Source: Epiperipatus broadwayi (taxonomy: Eukaryota > Animalia > Onychophora). From it: a stretch of DNA of 64,000 bases. The notes beneath the pieces were generated by a model that saw nothing but the letters and a program-made list of their open reading frames with translations, did no database searches and was not told where the DNA came from. This document shows positions 39,462 through 53,330 of the stretch, in pieces. A program made the translations under genes and the position numbers. Position 1 is the first letter of the stretch; the number at the start of each line of letters is the position of its first letter. The stretch is from NCBI GenBank assembly GCA_028023455.1, contig JAQFVV010000009.1, forward strand, positions 13,454,001 to 13,518,000, read 5' to 3'.

Positions 39462-42400
39462 TAGGATTAGCAGGCATTACAAAAAACAATTATGGTGTTT
39501 ATAAGCATTTTTATTCAAACAGAAGACAAGAAATAATGACTGTTTATAGTACAGTCCACAAACTTCATTATATTTTGTTTTAAGCTCCACATTGTGCACA
39601 GTAAATAATAGCTCATGTTTTTTTGATAAACTAATCAGAATAGAATATTTTTCAACATGCACATGTATGTAAAAGACAAGTGCTTATATATATATATATA
39701 TAGGATGCATATATAAACTAAAATTAGAATATAAACACTTTTTTTTTAAATATTAATGACAGTTATTAATAGGAAATTGAGAGAACACATTCACATATAT
39801 TTTACTGTGTGTCCATTCTATGAAACAATAAGAAAAAAAATTTACTATAGCATACTTCCCCTCTTTTCTTCCATAGTGTAAGCTTGTGGTTAAACACCTA
39901 TAGAGGTCCCTACTATCGCATTTTACACACATATTCTCGAGGTTACAGCCTCAATAAATATTTCTTTAAATAAAGTAAATAATGGAATGTTTGGTTTTCA
40001 TTGTAATTAAATATGCTCCGGGCAATTTTTTTTTTCAACAACTTTTTTCTCCTATAGAAACATAATAGATCTTTTTATCAAAAAATTACAATCTCCCTAA
40101 TTCTTTTAATACTTTTAAGTCAGTATTAATTAACTTTAAATATCTTCTAAAATTTTGTAAAACTTTAGCATTATTCTTAGAAAATATTTTATTATGCGAA
40201 ATACTGCACATCAAATTTCAGAAGGTTAATAAAAATAAAACATATGTGGTTTCAACATGAACCGAAGAAATAATTATTAATGAACATGAGCATTTACACC
40301 ATTCAGAGATGGAAAAATGCCCGCTGATGTAATTTAAAATTTATTTACAAATTTTGTTTTATAAATGTGCTCATGTATGGAGTTCAGAAACTAAAAATGG
40401 CTGTTCAATTATTGTAAAATGTATTAAACTTGTGAATTTTAATGTTTTGTATATGTGTGTGTGTTTATTTTCATTTTTATTTGTTTACATTTTTTTATGA
40501 TAGCATATAACAGAAATCATGTACTTTGACAAAGCATAATTGGCAAGTTCATTGTATATCATGTTAGCAAGAGCTTTGTGATAGCTGAGTTTCATTTATC
40601 AAACTATTTACATTAATTTCAATGCTTGTAACCATATACAAATATGAAACTAAAGAATTCTTCATTAATAGTAAAGTCCTCTTGGAAAGTTTAAACAAAA
40701 ATTAAAAGATGACTTACATCTACTTGATCAGTGCTCTGATCCACAAACAATGAAAAGAATTCACATTTTACAATAATCAAAAATTATATTTATCCATATG
40801 TTGTGTACCTGTTTTGTGATAGTCTTTTAATGTCACAGTTTCAAACATTTCAGCTAATTTTAACTTATGTTTGCCATTTTAATTGCACATTTCTTCCCTA
40901 ACATACCAGTATTTTTTTTGCTAGCTCTAATTCTACTTTGTACAAAATGGCAGGATTAGAATATTGTACAATACTATGTTTTTCAAAATAAGTAGTTTGA
41001 AGCATCAATTTCTTCTTATATTCTACAATAATAGTGATTCTTGATTCTCCAATATATACCTCAAATATTTTATTGCCTTTAGGTAGTTATAAAATTTGTA
41101 TGCACAAAAGATATTGAATGTTATTTTTTTATTATTTTTTTTGTAATCAAATAATCCGGTCTGATACAATCAATTTTCACCTTCAATTTTTCTCTCGTTG
41201 GGCATGTTTGTTTGATGATATGTTGTAATAAAATTTATTAAGTAGAAGCATATTATTAAAAATAACATGAAAATAAATCACAATGTATATTTCAGCAACA
41301 ATAACACAATCTCAATAACTGAACAGACAAACTATAACTAATTAATTGTGCAATAATCACATGCATGTCTGCTGTCAATGTTCAAAGCATGTGTATTGAA
41401 TCAAAGCAGAGCAAGGCTGCTTCTTTGACACATATTTGAAAAATACCTGAGCATACAGTGATGTAAAAACATCAGATAATAACAACATCAAGGTTAGAAA
41501 TTAGTGATAGGAATTAAAATATCTAATAAACATTTGACTCAAATTATTTTTTCACTTAAAAAATCAAAACCTTTTGGCTGCCCATATAAACTTATACCAG
41601 GTCGTACCATGATTTGGACCACTATAAATAAAGACCTAAGGTCTGGTCTATTTACTTATATTCTGGAATATAGGACTACCTGTAAAACAATAATATATAT
41701 ATATGCTGACATATGAATGGAAGAAATTAGAAAGAAAAAAAAACTATTTTTTCCCTCTTTTCTCTCTGTTTCTATTGAAAAATGCTGGCAATATATCTAT
41801 AAACATTTTAATGTTTATATATATATATACAATATAGCAATATTTAATGACTAAAAATACTAAACTGCTATTTCAAAATACAAATATTCAACCATCTTAA
41901 GATTATTTGTGAGTTTGATCTTGAAGAGCAATTTCCTAATCTGATAATTACAATATAAATTTAGAAATAATTTATTTACCAAAGATATATTTATTATAGA
42001 ATATAAATTTGAAATTGAAAAATGCAAAAAAATAAAATAAGTATACAAGGTTGTTAAAAGAATAAAAATTATCTCTTCCTTGCAAAAATTTAATACAAAC
42101 CAACTAGAGTGACTTTCAATAATATGTTGGCTAATTTAAAATTCACCCTAATTTCACTATTTGATGTACAATGTATTCAAAAACTTGGATGAAGATGAAA
42201 AATGAATTCAATTTGCTTGTATAATCATATAAATCTGAACTCAATTTAGTATCTATACATTTTGATAGCTTTAATTTTTTTAAAAAACGGTCACCATCAT
42301 TCTAAGGTCAGGAAATGGTGATCATGTAATGTATAAGTGTTTTTATGCTATCTAGTTTTTAAAAAAACCAAATAGTTTCAAAAGTATGAAAGAAGTTTGT

Positions 42401-44495
42401 GTATATATGTGATATTTATTAACAGTGTAGTAATTGTTTGATCTGCCTTTTTAGATGAAAAGTTAACATATATAAAACATGAATAATATATTTAGCTTTT
42501 AATTAAATCTGTGAGGAAAAGTAATACAAGGTTATGATATCTAAATATTGATGTGCTAAAATAAAATTAATAAAAAGAGTGATAACAAAAACAACTGATG
42601 ATGAGTGTTATTGTTTACTAATAGAACTCTATTAACTCATTACCTATCTTCAGTAAGAGAATTAGCATGTGTAGAATATTTATTCTAGATACCTATTTTT
42701 TATATATATTTAGCAGACTATATCTATGCTTGCCATACATAATGTAGAAATAAAATTATGAGCAAGTCTTATTTGTGATATTTAATATAAAATATTAAGT
42801 GGGCCTGTAGTTACTTTTTCCCCATTGATAGCAACACTGACATAATATAAACACATTTCTCAACACATGGCAAAAAATTTCCTAAATATTGATATTCTAT
42901 AATTATTTCCTTATTAGAATCAGTAGCTCTGTAGTCTTTTTTCCTCTATCAAATGACTTAAAAATTGTTTGTCCACAAAGGAGCCAACTATTTCCTGCAT
43001 TTAATAGATTTACAATACTAAAATGAATTAGCCTATTAAATTTTACAAATAGTATTTTACTTTAGAGAAATAAATTTTAAAAATGTACACAAAATTTATA
43101 TATCTATAAAATCCATTACAAATATAATTTAACAGAAATTGTAGGGACATAAAGCTTGCTCAATATAAAAATTATGAATATATATCATAAATAGAGCATG
43201 GTAAAAACGATTACAATTCAAATTTTATATAATTTATGATAATTTTCTTTAAAAAAGGAAACAATAATTTAAAATGTATTAAAAAAATCTAGAAGAAAAA
43301 CTTGTACAGGTGCAATTTATATATATGAAATTATCAAACATTTAGATTTATATAATATACATGTTTAAACATATGTAACAAACTTAATTAATCAAACAGC
43401 TTGTTTATAACTAATTTTATTAAATATATATAAATGAATATATGAACATGATGAATAAGTTTATTTTTAAAAAGCAATTACTTAAATTAATAATTATTCC
43501 ATATTGTAAATGACTTTTTATAATGATATCTGATTAAAATTTGAAAACTGGATAGTTGATTTTAAATCACTGAATATCCGGAAATATACCAAAAAATCAT
43601 CATCATCAACACCAGCACTCATAAATAAGTTTGGTTATTTTAACTTTAGAACAAAGAGAAAGAAAAATAAAGAATGAAAAATTGAAGATGAATTTTATAA
43701 TGATTATTTAGACTAATTCATAAATTACAATATGTTTACATATATAATATGCTTAATTTATTTGGCATCTTGCAATGCTGTATTTTAACTAATTATACAG
43801 CAAACATTTTTTCTTTTTATGAAAGACAAAAACACATTGTCTATTTATAGTTCTCTTATATTTTATTCTAAAAATTCAGCATCTAACATATATTAAAACA
43901 CTGTTTTAGTAAATGAATATTTTGTTTAACCAAAAACAATAATTATTTATCATTTATCTTTTTTTTTTTGAGTCTTTCATATTTGATGATGTTGATGATA
44001 GTTACCACAATCTCTAACTGGAGAAAATAGTAGCTGTACAAAGTGTGTAAATCACTTTTATTAATGCATTCGAAATTTGAGTTAAAGACTATTCAAAATG
44101 CAGGTATTTCACATTAAAGGTTATTTAAAAAATTTAAGGATTTGAATTAATGGTGTGATTTTTAAAACATTTCTAGTTTCAATAAGGTTTAAGATTTTTC
44201 TTTCAACTTACAGATTCATAGTCAATCCAACTAGCTATCCAATATTGGTTGATAAATGATGCCTAGCTATTTTGATTAGAATATAAATCAGGACTAAAAA
44301 AATATTCATAAAGTCTCACCACCCAGCACCTGACGAAACTTGATAATGCCTTATTCTTTACTGAATCTCAATGGGAAACTGCTGATGAGGTCTCTGTCTG
44401 CCAGTGAATCATATAAAAGACATTTTATATTTTTACCTATATTTTTGTTATTAAAAATTAAACATAAACTGCATGGCATGTTTATTCAGATAAAC

Positions 44496-44554
44496 TAGTG
44501 GTTAGCATAGCTGCCTTCCAAGCAGTTGGCCCAGGTTCACTTCCCTGTCAATGC
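44496..44554 (+). pseudogene. 5'-truncated tRNA-Gly(TCC) pseudogene or SINE head
   Basis: TAGTGGTTAGCATAGCTGCCTTCCAAGCAGTTGGCCCAGGTTCACTTCCCTGTCAATGC closely follows eukaryotic tRNA-Gly-TCC (anticodon 44517-44519). The 5' acceptor strand is absent and several CpGs have decayed. Confidence 0.8.
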
Positions 44555-45949
44555 TTTAACAAATGAAAAAAAACACCTGCAAACATACATACACAGAACG
44601 TATGCTCTCATTTCATGAAAGCTGCAAAGTTTCAATTGAGATAGTGATTGAGGCAGAAGATGATAAAAAATCATTACTTGAACTTATGTTTCCATTTGAT
44701 GATAAATACGATGATTAATTATAACAGGTGTTTGGCATATAGTTGGACTGTGAAATTGAAAAAAAAGTTTAAGTGAATAGAACATGTACTTTATTACGAA
44801 AGCACAAATATTAGACCATAAGCAAAGTGAAATTTATTATAAATAAAAATGAAAAACTTTAACAATGTGGAACTGATGGTATATCACATAATGGCAAAAT
44901 TAATTATTCAACTTAATGAAAGATACTAACTGTAGATAATTCAGGAATCTACATTCAATGTGTTATCATTCTAATAAAGAAATATAGAATTTTATGTAGA
45001 TATGCAAAATGCTTTGGTAAAACAAAAACATTTTAATATTACCATGAGAAGATTTTAATGACAGAACAGAAAGTGATGAAAAGATGAATGAACTGCTGTT
45101 GGTAAATCTGGATATGGAAGCAGAAATGAAAGAAGACACAGACCTGTGGAATTAATTGTAAAAAAATCTGTTATAAAGTTGTTGTTTTGTTTTTTTTTGT
45201 GGAGGGGGTGGGGGTGTCAAAACAAAAATGGGCATGAAAAAATCCAAATGATACTGTAGCAAAATCAGATTATATTTTGTCTTAGATATATATAATGAAA
45301 ACTGAAAATTTAAGATGTCTTTTTAGAAATATTCCTATCAACTTAAACTAGAGCTCATAAATTATTTTAAAAATATTTCAATGATGATCTAAACTTCAAT
45401 GAGATCAATAAGAAGATAATTGACTTTCATTAAGGATTGCAAAAAAATTATAATTTATTAATAAATTTTTTAATAGGTTAAAGCAATGTGTAATAAAAAA
45501 ATGAATATGAAAATGTTTTAAAATGATCCAGATAGAAGAAGTGAATATGTGAAATTTTGTAAAACATTATTTTAAAAAAGTCATATATAGATGTATAACT
45601 GGGAATCTGCAAAAAAAACTACATAAGAAAACAAAAATCTCAAAAATATAATACATACATAGACCATTTTGGGCCTTATAGAGGTTTAATTATCATAAAT
45701 CAAGCCATTCTATTAAAAGATAAATTTCTCAAACATAGTATTTCATATAATGTATACCAAAATAAAATTACTTTTAAAGAAAATTCAAAAAAATAGAAAG
45801 AAATTGAGTATGAATTTTATAGAAAGCATGACTGAATAATCAAGAATAACAGAGTTTTAATATAAAGTTATTGGAAGTTACTATATGACTTGTAGATCAC
45901 AGTATGGTATAACACATCTTAAAATAGAAATAAAATTCTTTCAGTAATA

Positions 45950-47400
45950 TAACAGGAAGTTGGTATTAAAAAAGAGAAATGACATCATGATGTGGATGGA
46001 ATAATTCTACAAAAAATTATATAGTAAATAAAAAAGTAACAAAGCAAAACCACAATTACAATACCATAATTTTGAAATCCAAAGTAATAAATGGAGAGTT
46101 GAGGAATGCAATTAAATCTATGTCCTGCATAGTTTGATGCATCGGTAGACTGGAGCTCAAAATCTAAGGATCACAGACTATGTCAATTCCAGTTCTTGAA
46201 TTTCTTAATCAACTTTCAAGCAATAAATTGATTTTTTTTTTCTAATTAAATCTATGAAGAATAAAAAAGCACTAAGAAGCATGTAAACAAATAAAAAAAT
46301 TGCTAACAAAGTTATATATTAGATATCTAATTGAAAGAATGTAGTAGATAGTTGACATTTAAAAAAAAGATGCAAAAACAATATTTATAAATTTCATACC
46401 TATCAGTTCTATACAAAATTTTTACTCAGATCTTTGAAACTCATTTATAGAGAACTTTGCATTAGCTGGGTTTAAAAGTGTTATAGCATAGTATTAGAAA
46501 TTATAGAAAGAACTAATAAATATGAGTTATAGTTGTTTGCATTGGATTTGTAATTACAAAAAGGCATTTTTCTCTGTAAGCATTTTCATAGGGATTATAG
46601 CTTAAAAACATCCAGACACATGGTCTTGATATTATTAAGTTGAAAAATATCAATCAAAATGCAACAATAATGATTAGCTTTCATTGTGATACTAAAAAGA
46701 TTAATATATCTTCACAACTGTTTACAGTAGTATAACAAGAAATACTTAGTGGATTGATATGGAAAGCTAAGAGGGGGGAAATAAATGGAGATTATTTAAA
46801 TCATTCAGATTTTGAAGATATGTTTTTCAAAATAACGCTTCAAAATTTCAGAAAATGTTATAAGAGCCATCAAATCAAACCAAGTAAAAAAAAAGCTAAA
46901 GATAAATGTTAAATATCTAAAATAATGTTCAATGGATTTTCAACAAAAATAAAGATTGATTATAATGAATTAGAAGTTAAGAACTACTAGATTATTTTTG
47001 TGAAGAGAAACATGATAAAATTAATCACAGAATCCAAGTTTGATTAATTCTGTGATTAACTTACCATTAAAAAAAATATGCTTAATAAAAAAGCAATATA
47101 AAGACTTCAGATTAGAAAACAAAATATAAAGACATGTATAATGAAAATAATGAGGGATTAAAAAAGTGTATTAAAATGTAATGAAGCATGGTGAGAGAAC
47201 AAACAGATATGATACATCATTGAAAGATTTAAAAGACTGAAATGGAACTGAGATAAACATATTGATAAAAGATATGATAACAGATGGATAGTTGTAATAT
47301 TCCACTGGATAGTGAAAGATCATATGTAATATGAATAAGAAAGAGTAATAGTAAAGAGATTATGGATCACAAAAATGATAAGCATAGAAAAACCATTACC
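45950..47400 (+). mobile_element. Decayed RTE-clade LINE, same family as 21560-24200
   Basis: FYKKLYS (~46005); ELRNAIKSM/KNKKA (split by a SINE); ISSQLFTVV*QEILSGLIWKAKRGEINGDYLNHSDFEDM (46706-46823), whose DNA is clearly similar to the reverse complement of 22200-22290. Confidence 0.75.
46123..46243 (+). mobile_element. Short tRNA-derived SINE or tRNA retrocopy (tRNA-Lys-like head, T-rich tail) with 13-bp TSD
   Basis: Flanked by AATTAAATCTATG at 46110-46122 and 46244-46256. The head aligns by eye to tRNA-Lys blocks (CC.G.ATAG.T, TCGGTAGA, AATCT.AGG.TC, TCAA.TCC.GTTC). Removing it restores the RTE motif ELRNAIKSMKNKKA. Confidence 0.7.
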
Positions 47401-49579
47401 TTACAGTGGATCAATAATGCTTGAAAAATGCAGAAATAATCTCCTTGCTACACATATATGCCAGTTTTATATATTCCACAGCAATAAATCATATACATTA
47501 TATTATTTCAGAATATCACATGGAAAAATATCACATTTTAAACTGAATTTCTGGATCTCAATGAAATCTTTAAGTCCACAATTTCCATACATATCTTATT
47601 TATTTTACATATATACTATTTTTCATTTAAATAGTTTTGATTTTAGAACCTGCCAAGTATATGTACAATCATGTGTTTGACACAACTTGTTAAAACAGTT
47701 TAAATATATATATATAATAAAAAAAAGTATTCATATCATATTTATATGCTTGAAAAATGTGAAAGTACAAAAGATTAGCAAGCATATATAATGCAGTAAC
47801 CATCATGTGACACTTCAAACTAAACTAAATTACTCATGAATAAGAATGATTATATAAATGACATCCATAACTATTTGGTAAGGAATATCCTTGCAATATA
47901 TCATACTTTAAGAAATATCAAGTTTATCTCATTAACATAATTAATCACTATTTGAGGTATATTTTTATCTATAATATTAGAATGAACCAGTAAATATCTA
48001 AACAATATTGACCTATAACAGCACGTTTTTATGATTTTCTGTTTGGCATATTTAATTCATTATAGACCAGCATAATAATTTATATAAAACATGAATTTTC
48101 TTTTAAAATGATTTTATTTTAATATACTTTATATTAAACATTATATTAATGAAATTTTTCTTTTAGTGGTGGAGCAATATATCACAAGACCCATTGATTG
48201 AAAAGGGTTTCTCATGCCTTGCCTATAACAATCAAAAACTCAAATATATTAAAAAATTAATAATTAAAAAAAAAGTGCTAATCTTTAATTATAAATCACA
48301 AAAAAAAAAAATACAATAATATATTGCTTCACTTCTTTATCAATATTATTTATTTACTACAGTGCAATTTAAGGGGGGAAAGGAATGATTTGAGTTTGCA
48401 GATACTAAAATACAAACAATATTGGGGGGGGGATCACTATTTTAAAATTTATTGTGTATTTAAAGATTATACAAGTTTTTATGAATTATTTATGAGCACA
48501 TTTATTAAATATTCAATGAAAAGCTAAAAGTACATCAAGATATAAAGTATAAGAAACATTTACTATTAGATGAGGTGGACAATATAATTTGGTAGTCAAG
48601 CTGTCCTTGATTTAAAAACCATAAAAATTATCATAAAAAATTAATGACATCTGGTTGTATATAGCAAAAAATAAAAAAGATTATCTAACAAATGCAACTA
48701 GTAAGCCTATCTTAATCTTATTATAAAAATGTGTGATACAGTTCCTATGTTTGAAGTCACTTTTGTAAGTATAAATTGATCTCTTTAAAAAAAAAAAATA
48801 TTAAAATTATAGCAAAAATAGGCAGATAAATAAAGACAACAAATCATTTAAAAAACTGATTATTTAATGAAAATAATACTATTTTTAATGGAATTAACAA
48901 AGAGAGCACTTAAAATATTGTCAGAGTTCAGCATGAGAAAAATCTGTTTCTAATATTTAAAGTATTTCAATGATAATTTAAATATGTATTACTATTTGCA
49001 AGTTTAATACAGAAGTTTTTAATTGTATTATAATGAAGTAAACTTGAATCATACACAAACTACTTTGAATGATTAGCAACATAACTTTACATGTTACAGT
49101 CAAATTTATTATTTCATTTATATATAAATAAAAATAAATTTATTTCAATTTTATTTGTTATTATTATATAAAACATTGTTACGTTAGGCACATAATCAAA
49201 TTTAGTGTCATACAGTCCTTCCTTATTTCAAGATCTAATATCCATAGTTTAAAAAAATATTAAATAAAAATATTACAAATTTATAAATTTGAAATTGTAA
49301 ATTTTGCATTTGACTATATGAATGCCAATATGAATTATCTTTAATCTGGAGTAACAACTGATGCAAAACAAGAGCTAATAAAAAGAAATACAAAATAAAA
49401 ATATATAAAAAAAAACATTTCAATTTTTTAATTACAGGTTTAATTTAACACAAAGGTGGCATAATACTAGTAATCATTAATATTGAATGTTACAGTTATT
49501 TAAAATTACTATATAAAAATACTGTGTACTCAGCACCTAACAGATGTATAACACCTCAACAGTAGTGAAAGCTGCATCA

Positions 49580-49690
49580 CATTATCAAAAATCCTAGTTA
49601 TTTTATGATTAGCTCGTGGACACTTTACGATTTTCCAACTAGATTAATCTGAATCATCTACATGCTTGTCTTAATACATCTAATTTTCAT
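49580..49690 (-). mobile_element. Mariner transposase fragment
   Basis: Minus strand gives SVHELIIK*LGFLIM*C, resembling the SVHxII...LGFRKVCARWVP motif. Confidence 0.4.
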
Positions 49691-50739
49691 AAATGGCATC
49701 TATTATTATGAAAAGTATTTTACTTCTTTGAGTATGTTTATTTCATTATATATTAAAATAATATAAAAATACATATAATTCATTACACTGCTTGTTTGTT
49801 TATTTTTTTTCCCATATAAATAATTAAAAAACACTGAAAAAAAGTTATAGAACAATAAATACTGTATATTATTTAATATACATAAAAGCTTTTTTTTGAT
49901 AACTTTTTATAATAATACTGAATAATAATAGTTATATATTTTTAAATATTCTATAATGTATAAAATAGTAAAATAAAGGAAGAAAAAAGGTAAATTAGAA
50001 AACAAAATCTACATATTATATATAATGTCTTGTTAACATTATATTAAAGAAGGCAATGAAACCAGGGCTAGTTCTACTGATTGTGCAACCTATGTATTAC
50101 ACAAAGAAGCAAAATTGGCCTAAACTATATGAAAAAATAGACCATGTCATTTATTCCCTCTCTGTTAAACTAGGCTTCAGGATGTTGTTAGTTTAAATTC
50201 TTCATACTAAAACTTCACTGTGCTGGTGTATTGTTACAAGTATATCATGACATTACATAAAAGAGACAAAAGGTGTTTAAATGAACTTGAGCAAGAATTA
50301 CATAATCAAATGCCTTTGATACAGTTATTCATAGCATTTGATTTGATAAAAACCATTTTTGATGTGTATTTAGTTTGTATGTTGTGTTATATTTGATAAC
50401 TTCTTTAACTCAGATTTCTTACATATAAGATCAAAGAATACATTTATTTTTTATTAATAGACACCTTCTGTAAATTTTATGTTCATTTTACATATTAAAA
50501 TGTGTTATTTTGGAAAAAATCTTTTTAATAGCATAATAATCTTTAATGGATAACTTTATTATTAAATAAAAACATGATTTGAGAAAAACATTACTGATGG
50601 AGCAATAATAAGTGGAAATAATAGTAATAACATTGTTGAAAATATCTCATACAGATGACAAAATTATATATAGTAAAATAAAGAATAGATAATATTCAGC
50701 CAATATTTAAGTTTCATTTACATGGACTGATTAGGAAGA

Positions 50740-51360
50740 ATGTCATATCTCAGTGTCATGTATGAGGAGAAAAAATGTCAAATAGTGCAACAGCTCCTGC
50801 TAAATTAAAATACCACCTTACTCTCAAATAAGTCAAACTCAATTCAGAAAATAAAAATTATTTCAAAGATTATTGGATAAGCAGTTTAAATAAATAAAAT
50901 GTTTTGAAAAATGATTAAATTTCTAATAATGCACAATTTACATTGTATTCATAGATGAATTAATTGCTATAAAATTAAAATTGAATACTATAGCAAAAAG
51001 TCTTATTTTACCATTGTGTGGTAAAATGGTAAAAATTATATAAGGTGACAAAGCAAAAAAGAAAATTATATAAAATTCTTCATTCTGTGGATTCAATCAA
51101 AAAAAATAGACTTAATATGTCAAATGATATTGAGAAAATAGTTATTGAAAACTTTAATAAACTACATTTTATTTTACAAATTGATGAGTTCACTGACACT
51201 AGCAGTAAAGCTCATATACTAGGATTTATTAATTTCACTAAGGAAAATGCAATAGGCTTCTATGCTTCAGATAACTTACCAAACATATAAAAGAACAAAG
51301 TATTTATGACTATCACATCTTATTTAGAAAAGCTTTAAATATCATGGGAATCATATGTTG
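50740..51360 (+). mobile_element. Decayed hAT Charlie/Buster-type transposase fragment
   Basis: APAKLKYHL, LILPLCGKMVKI and, in ORF 51045-51290, MSNDIEKIV...FILQIDEFTDTSSKAHILGFINF (FALQLDESTD...AQLL.FVRF motif of ZBED5/SCAND3-like proteins). Confidence 0.75.
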
Positions 51361-51814
51361 GAATTTGTTATATATTCTGCAAACCATTAATTTTTATTAA
51401 AAGACATGTTTTTTTGGGTTTTTTTCTAATGTTAACTTTATGACCTTATTGTTTTTGGTGTCCATAAATTTTTCTCATAATCAAAAATGTTCCATGACTT
51501 TTAAAAAGTTAAAACCCACAGATTTAAAACATAGCAATACTATGTTGCATTTAATATTACATTGCCAGATGTTAATACTAAACAATGTGACAACAGCAGA
51601 ACAACTTTTGCCTTGGCTTTTATTTCAAATTCCATTGTTGCTATAAAATTGACCTTAACCTGAGGTTAAAATACATACATATCTATCAAAATTGCTTAAT
51701 GACAATTCAGTAACATACTTTAATGAATATAAAATTACAAGATTAGATTATATACATTTTTTTTAGAATGACATAATTAATTTGAAAGTTTTACAATGTG
51801 ATATTAATTATTAT

Positions 51815-51900
51815 TATGTCTTCCATGTGCAGTAGCTTTAACAATATTACTGCCATTACTGGTAACAATTGCAAGCAGTTGTCCTTCAAAATAAAGCACA
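51815..51900 (-). mobile_element. Small hAT (ZBED1/4-like) transposase fragment
   Basis: Minus strand reads LLAIVTSNGSNIVKA, matching the IVTDN(A/G)xN(M/I)VKA motif. Single motif only. Confidence 0.45.
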
Positions 51901-52839
51901 TTCACACTTATATTCTACAATAACCAAAACTTGATTGGAAGATCTTGGCATGATTTCATTTGAACACCAAATCAGTCACAAATTACAGACTACGAGCTTT
52001 ATATGTGATTTTGTGAAAATGAAAGCAAAAGTTTTGTTTTAAATAGTAGGCTTGCATTTCAACAATGAAAATGTGAATTATCTGAATTATATAATATATA
52101 CTTTAAAATCTATAAAGATTATATTTATCATAATTGTATTCTTGATTTAGTAGCTTTTCATTCTGCATGACAAGATGAACATTATTTACATGTAAGATAA
52201 TAGTAAAACATTGTATTCTTTTTTCTTTTGTCTCTTTTCATGAACTAATACTATTATTTAGAATTTATGATCAGATATGCTGAAGCCTAGATTAATATTA
52301 TGATTTTAAGACATCATTATGAGTTTTTTTGTAGAGAGAAGGGATAGCAAAATAGGCTAATGCACATGACAGCAAAATTCCTAAGACTGGTCCTGAATAA
52401 AACATTGGTGAAAGAAGCTTTTATGTATTAAATAATACAATATTCTTTGTTACATAACCATTTTCAATATTATTTATTTATTTATGTGAGAAAAAAAAAA
52501 GGTTTGCAAATTCTTTATAATGTAACCCTTGACACATTTATATTTACTATTATAAAATTAAAACAAATAATTGTAATAATAATTTATTTTGATAACTGAA
52601 TCAAAACTAATGAAGATACAATCATATTTTTGTAAATTTTTCTAATTAGATATTTCAATTTTATGAGTATATCTAAGATAAATAATTATGCATTTATATT
52701 CATAAATGTCTAATGTTAAAAAAAACTCAAGTTCTTTATCAGCAAAAAAAAAAATCCTCAGTCACTTTTAGCTTGGATAGTTATCAATTTAATTAAGAAT
52801 GTAAACCAATTTAAGTGTCTTCTAGTTTTATAAGTAGAA

Positions 52840-53330
52840 AGATGATCTTAGAAGTGGAGTTGCAAAATAGACTTCAATATGCAGTTGCTGCTTTTAATAA
52901 ATTAAAAGATAAGAGTATTTAATGACAGAAAAATAATTACAATTAAATTAGATACATATAAAGAAATTATCTTAAACAATTTATTGGACACTGTCTTAAC
53001 ACAATATACAAGAATTAGAAAAATTTCATTTAAGAATGCTTGTAAAATTTTTAAAATATAATGGTAAGATCATAAAATTAATGTATTCTTCAACTTTCTG
53101 AACGTAATACTATAGACTATTAGCGTAAAATCACATATTTGTAACATGTAAAACAAATAAATCAATATAAGAGTTCCTATAAAAATGTTTTATGGTGATC
53201 TTGAGCATGGTTTTTGTGGGAGAGATAGACACCATTTACATTAAAGACATTCTAAAAAAGTGTACTATTGATTGTTTTGTTGGAAGATATGGCAGAAAAT
53301 ATAATGTATTGGAGAGCTATAATTAAACTT
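52840..53330 (+). mobile_element. 3' fragment of an RTE/BovB-like LINE
   Basis: ELQNRLQYAVAAFNKLKDK and PIKMFYGDLEHG...RDRHHLH resemble the post-RT region (RI..A..AF..L; P..ILYGEL..G.R..GRP). Confidence 0.55.

Noticed and set aside
44329-44395. Hammerhead-ribozyme-like words CTGACGAAAC and CTGATGAG close together
   Set aside because: Stem II cannot form (G-A mismatch next to the core) and I could not build stems I and III in any permutation.
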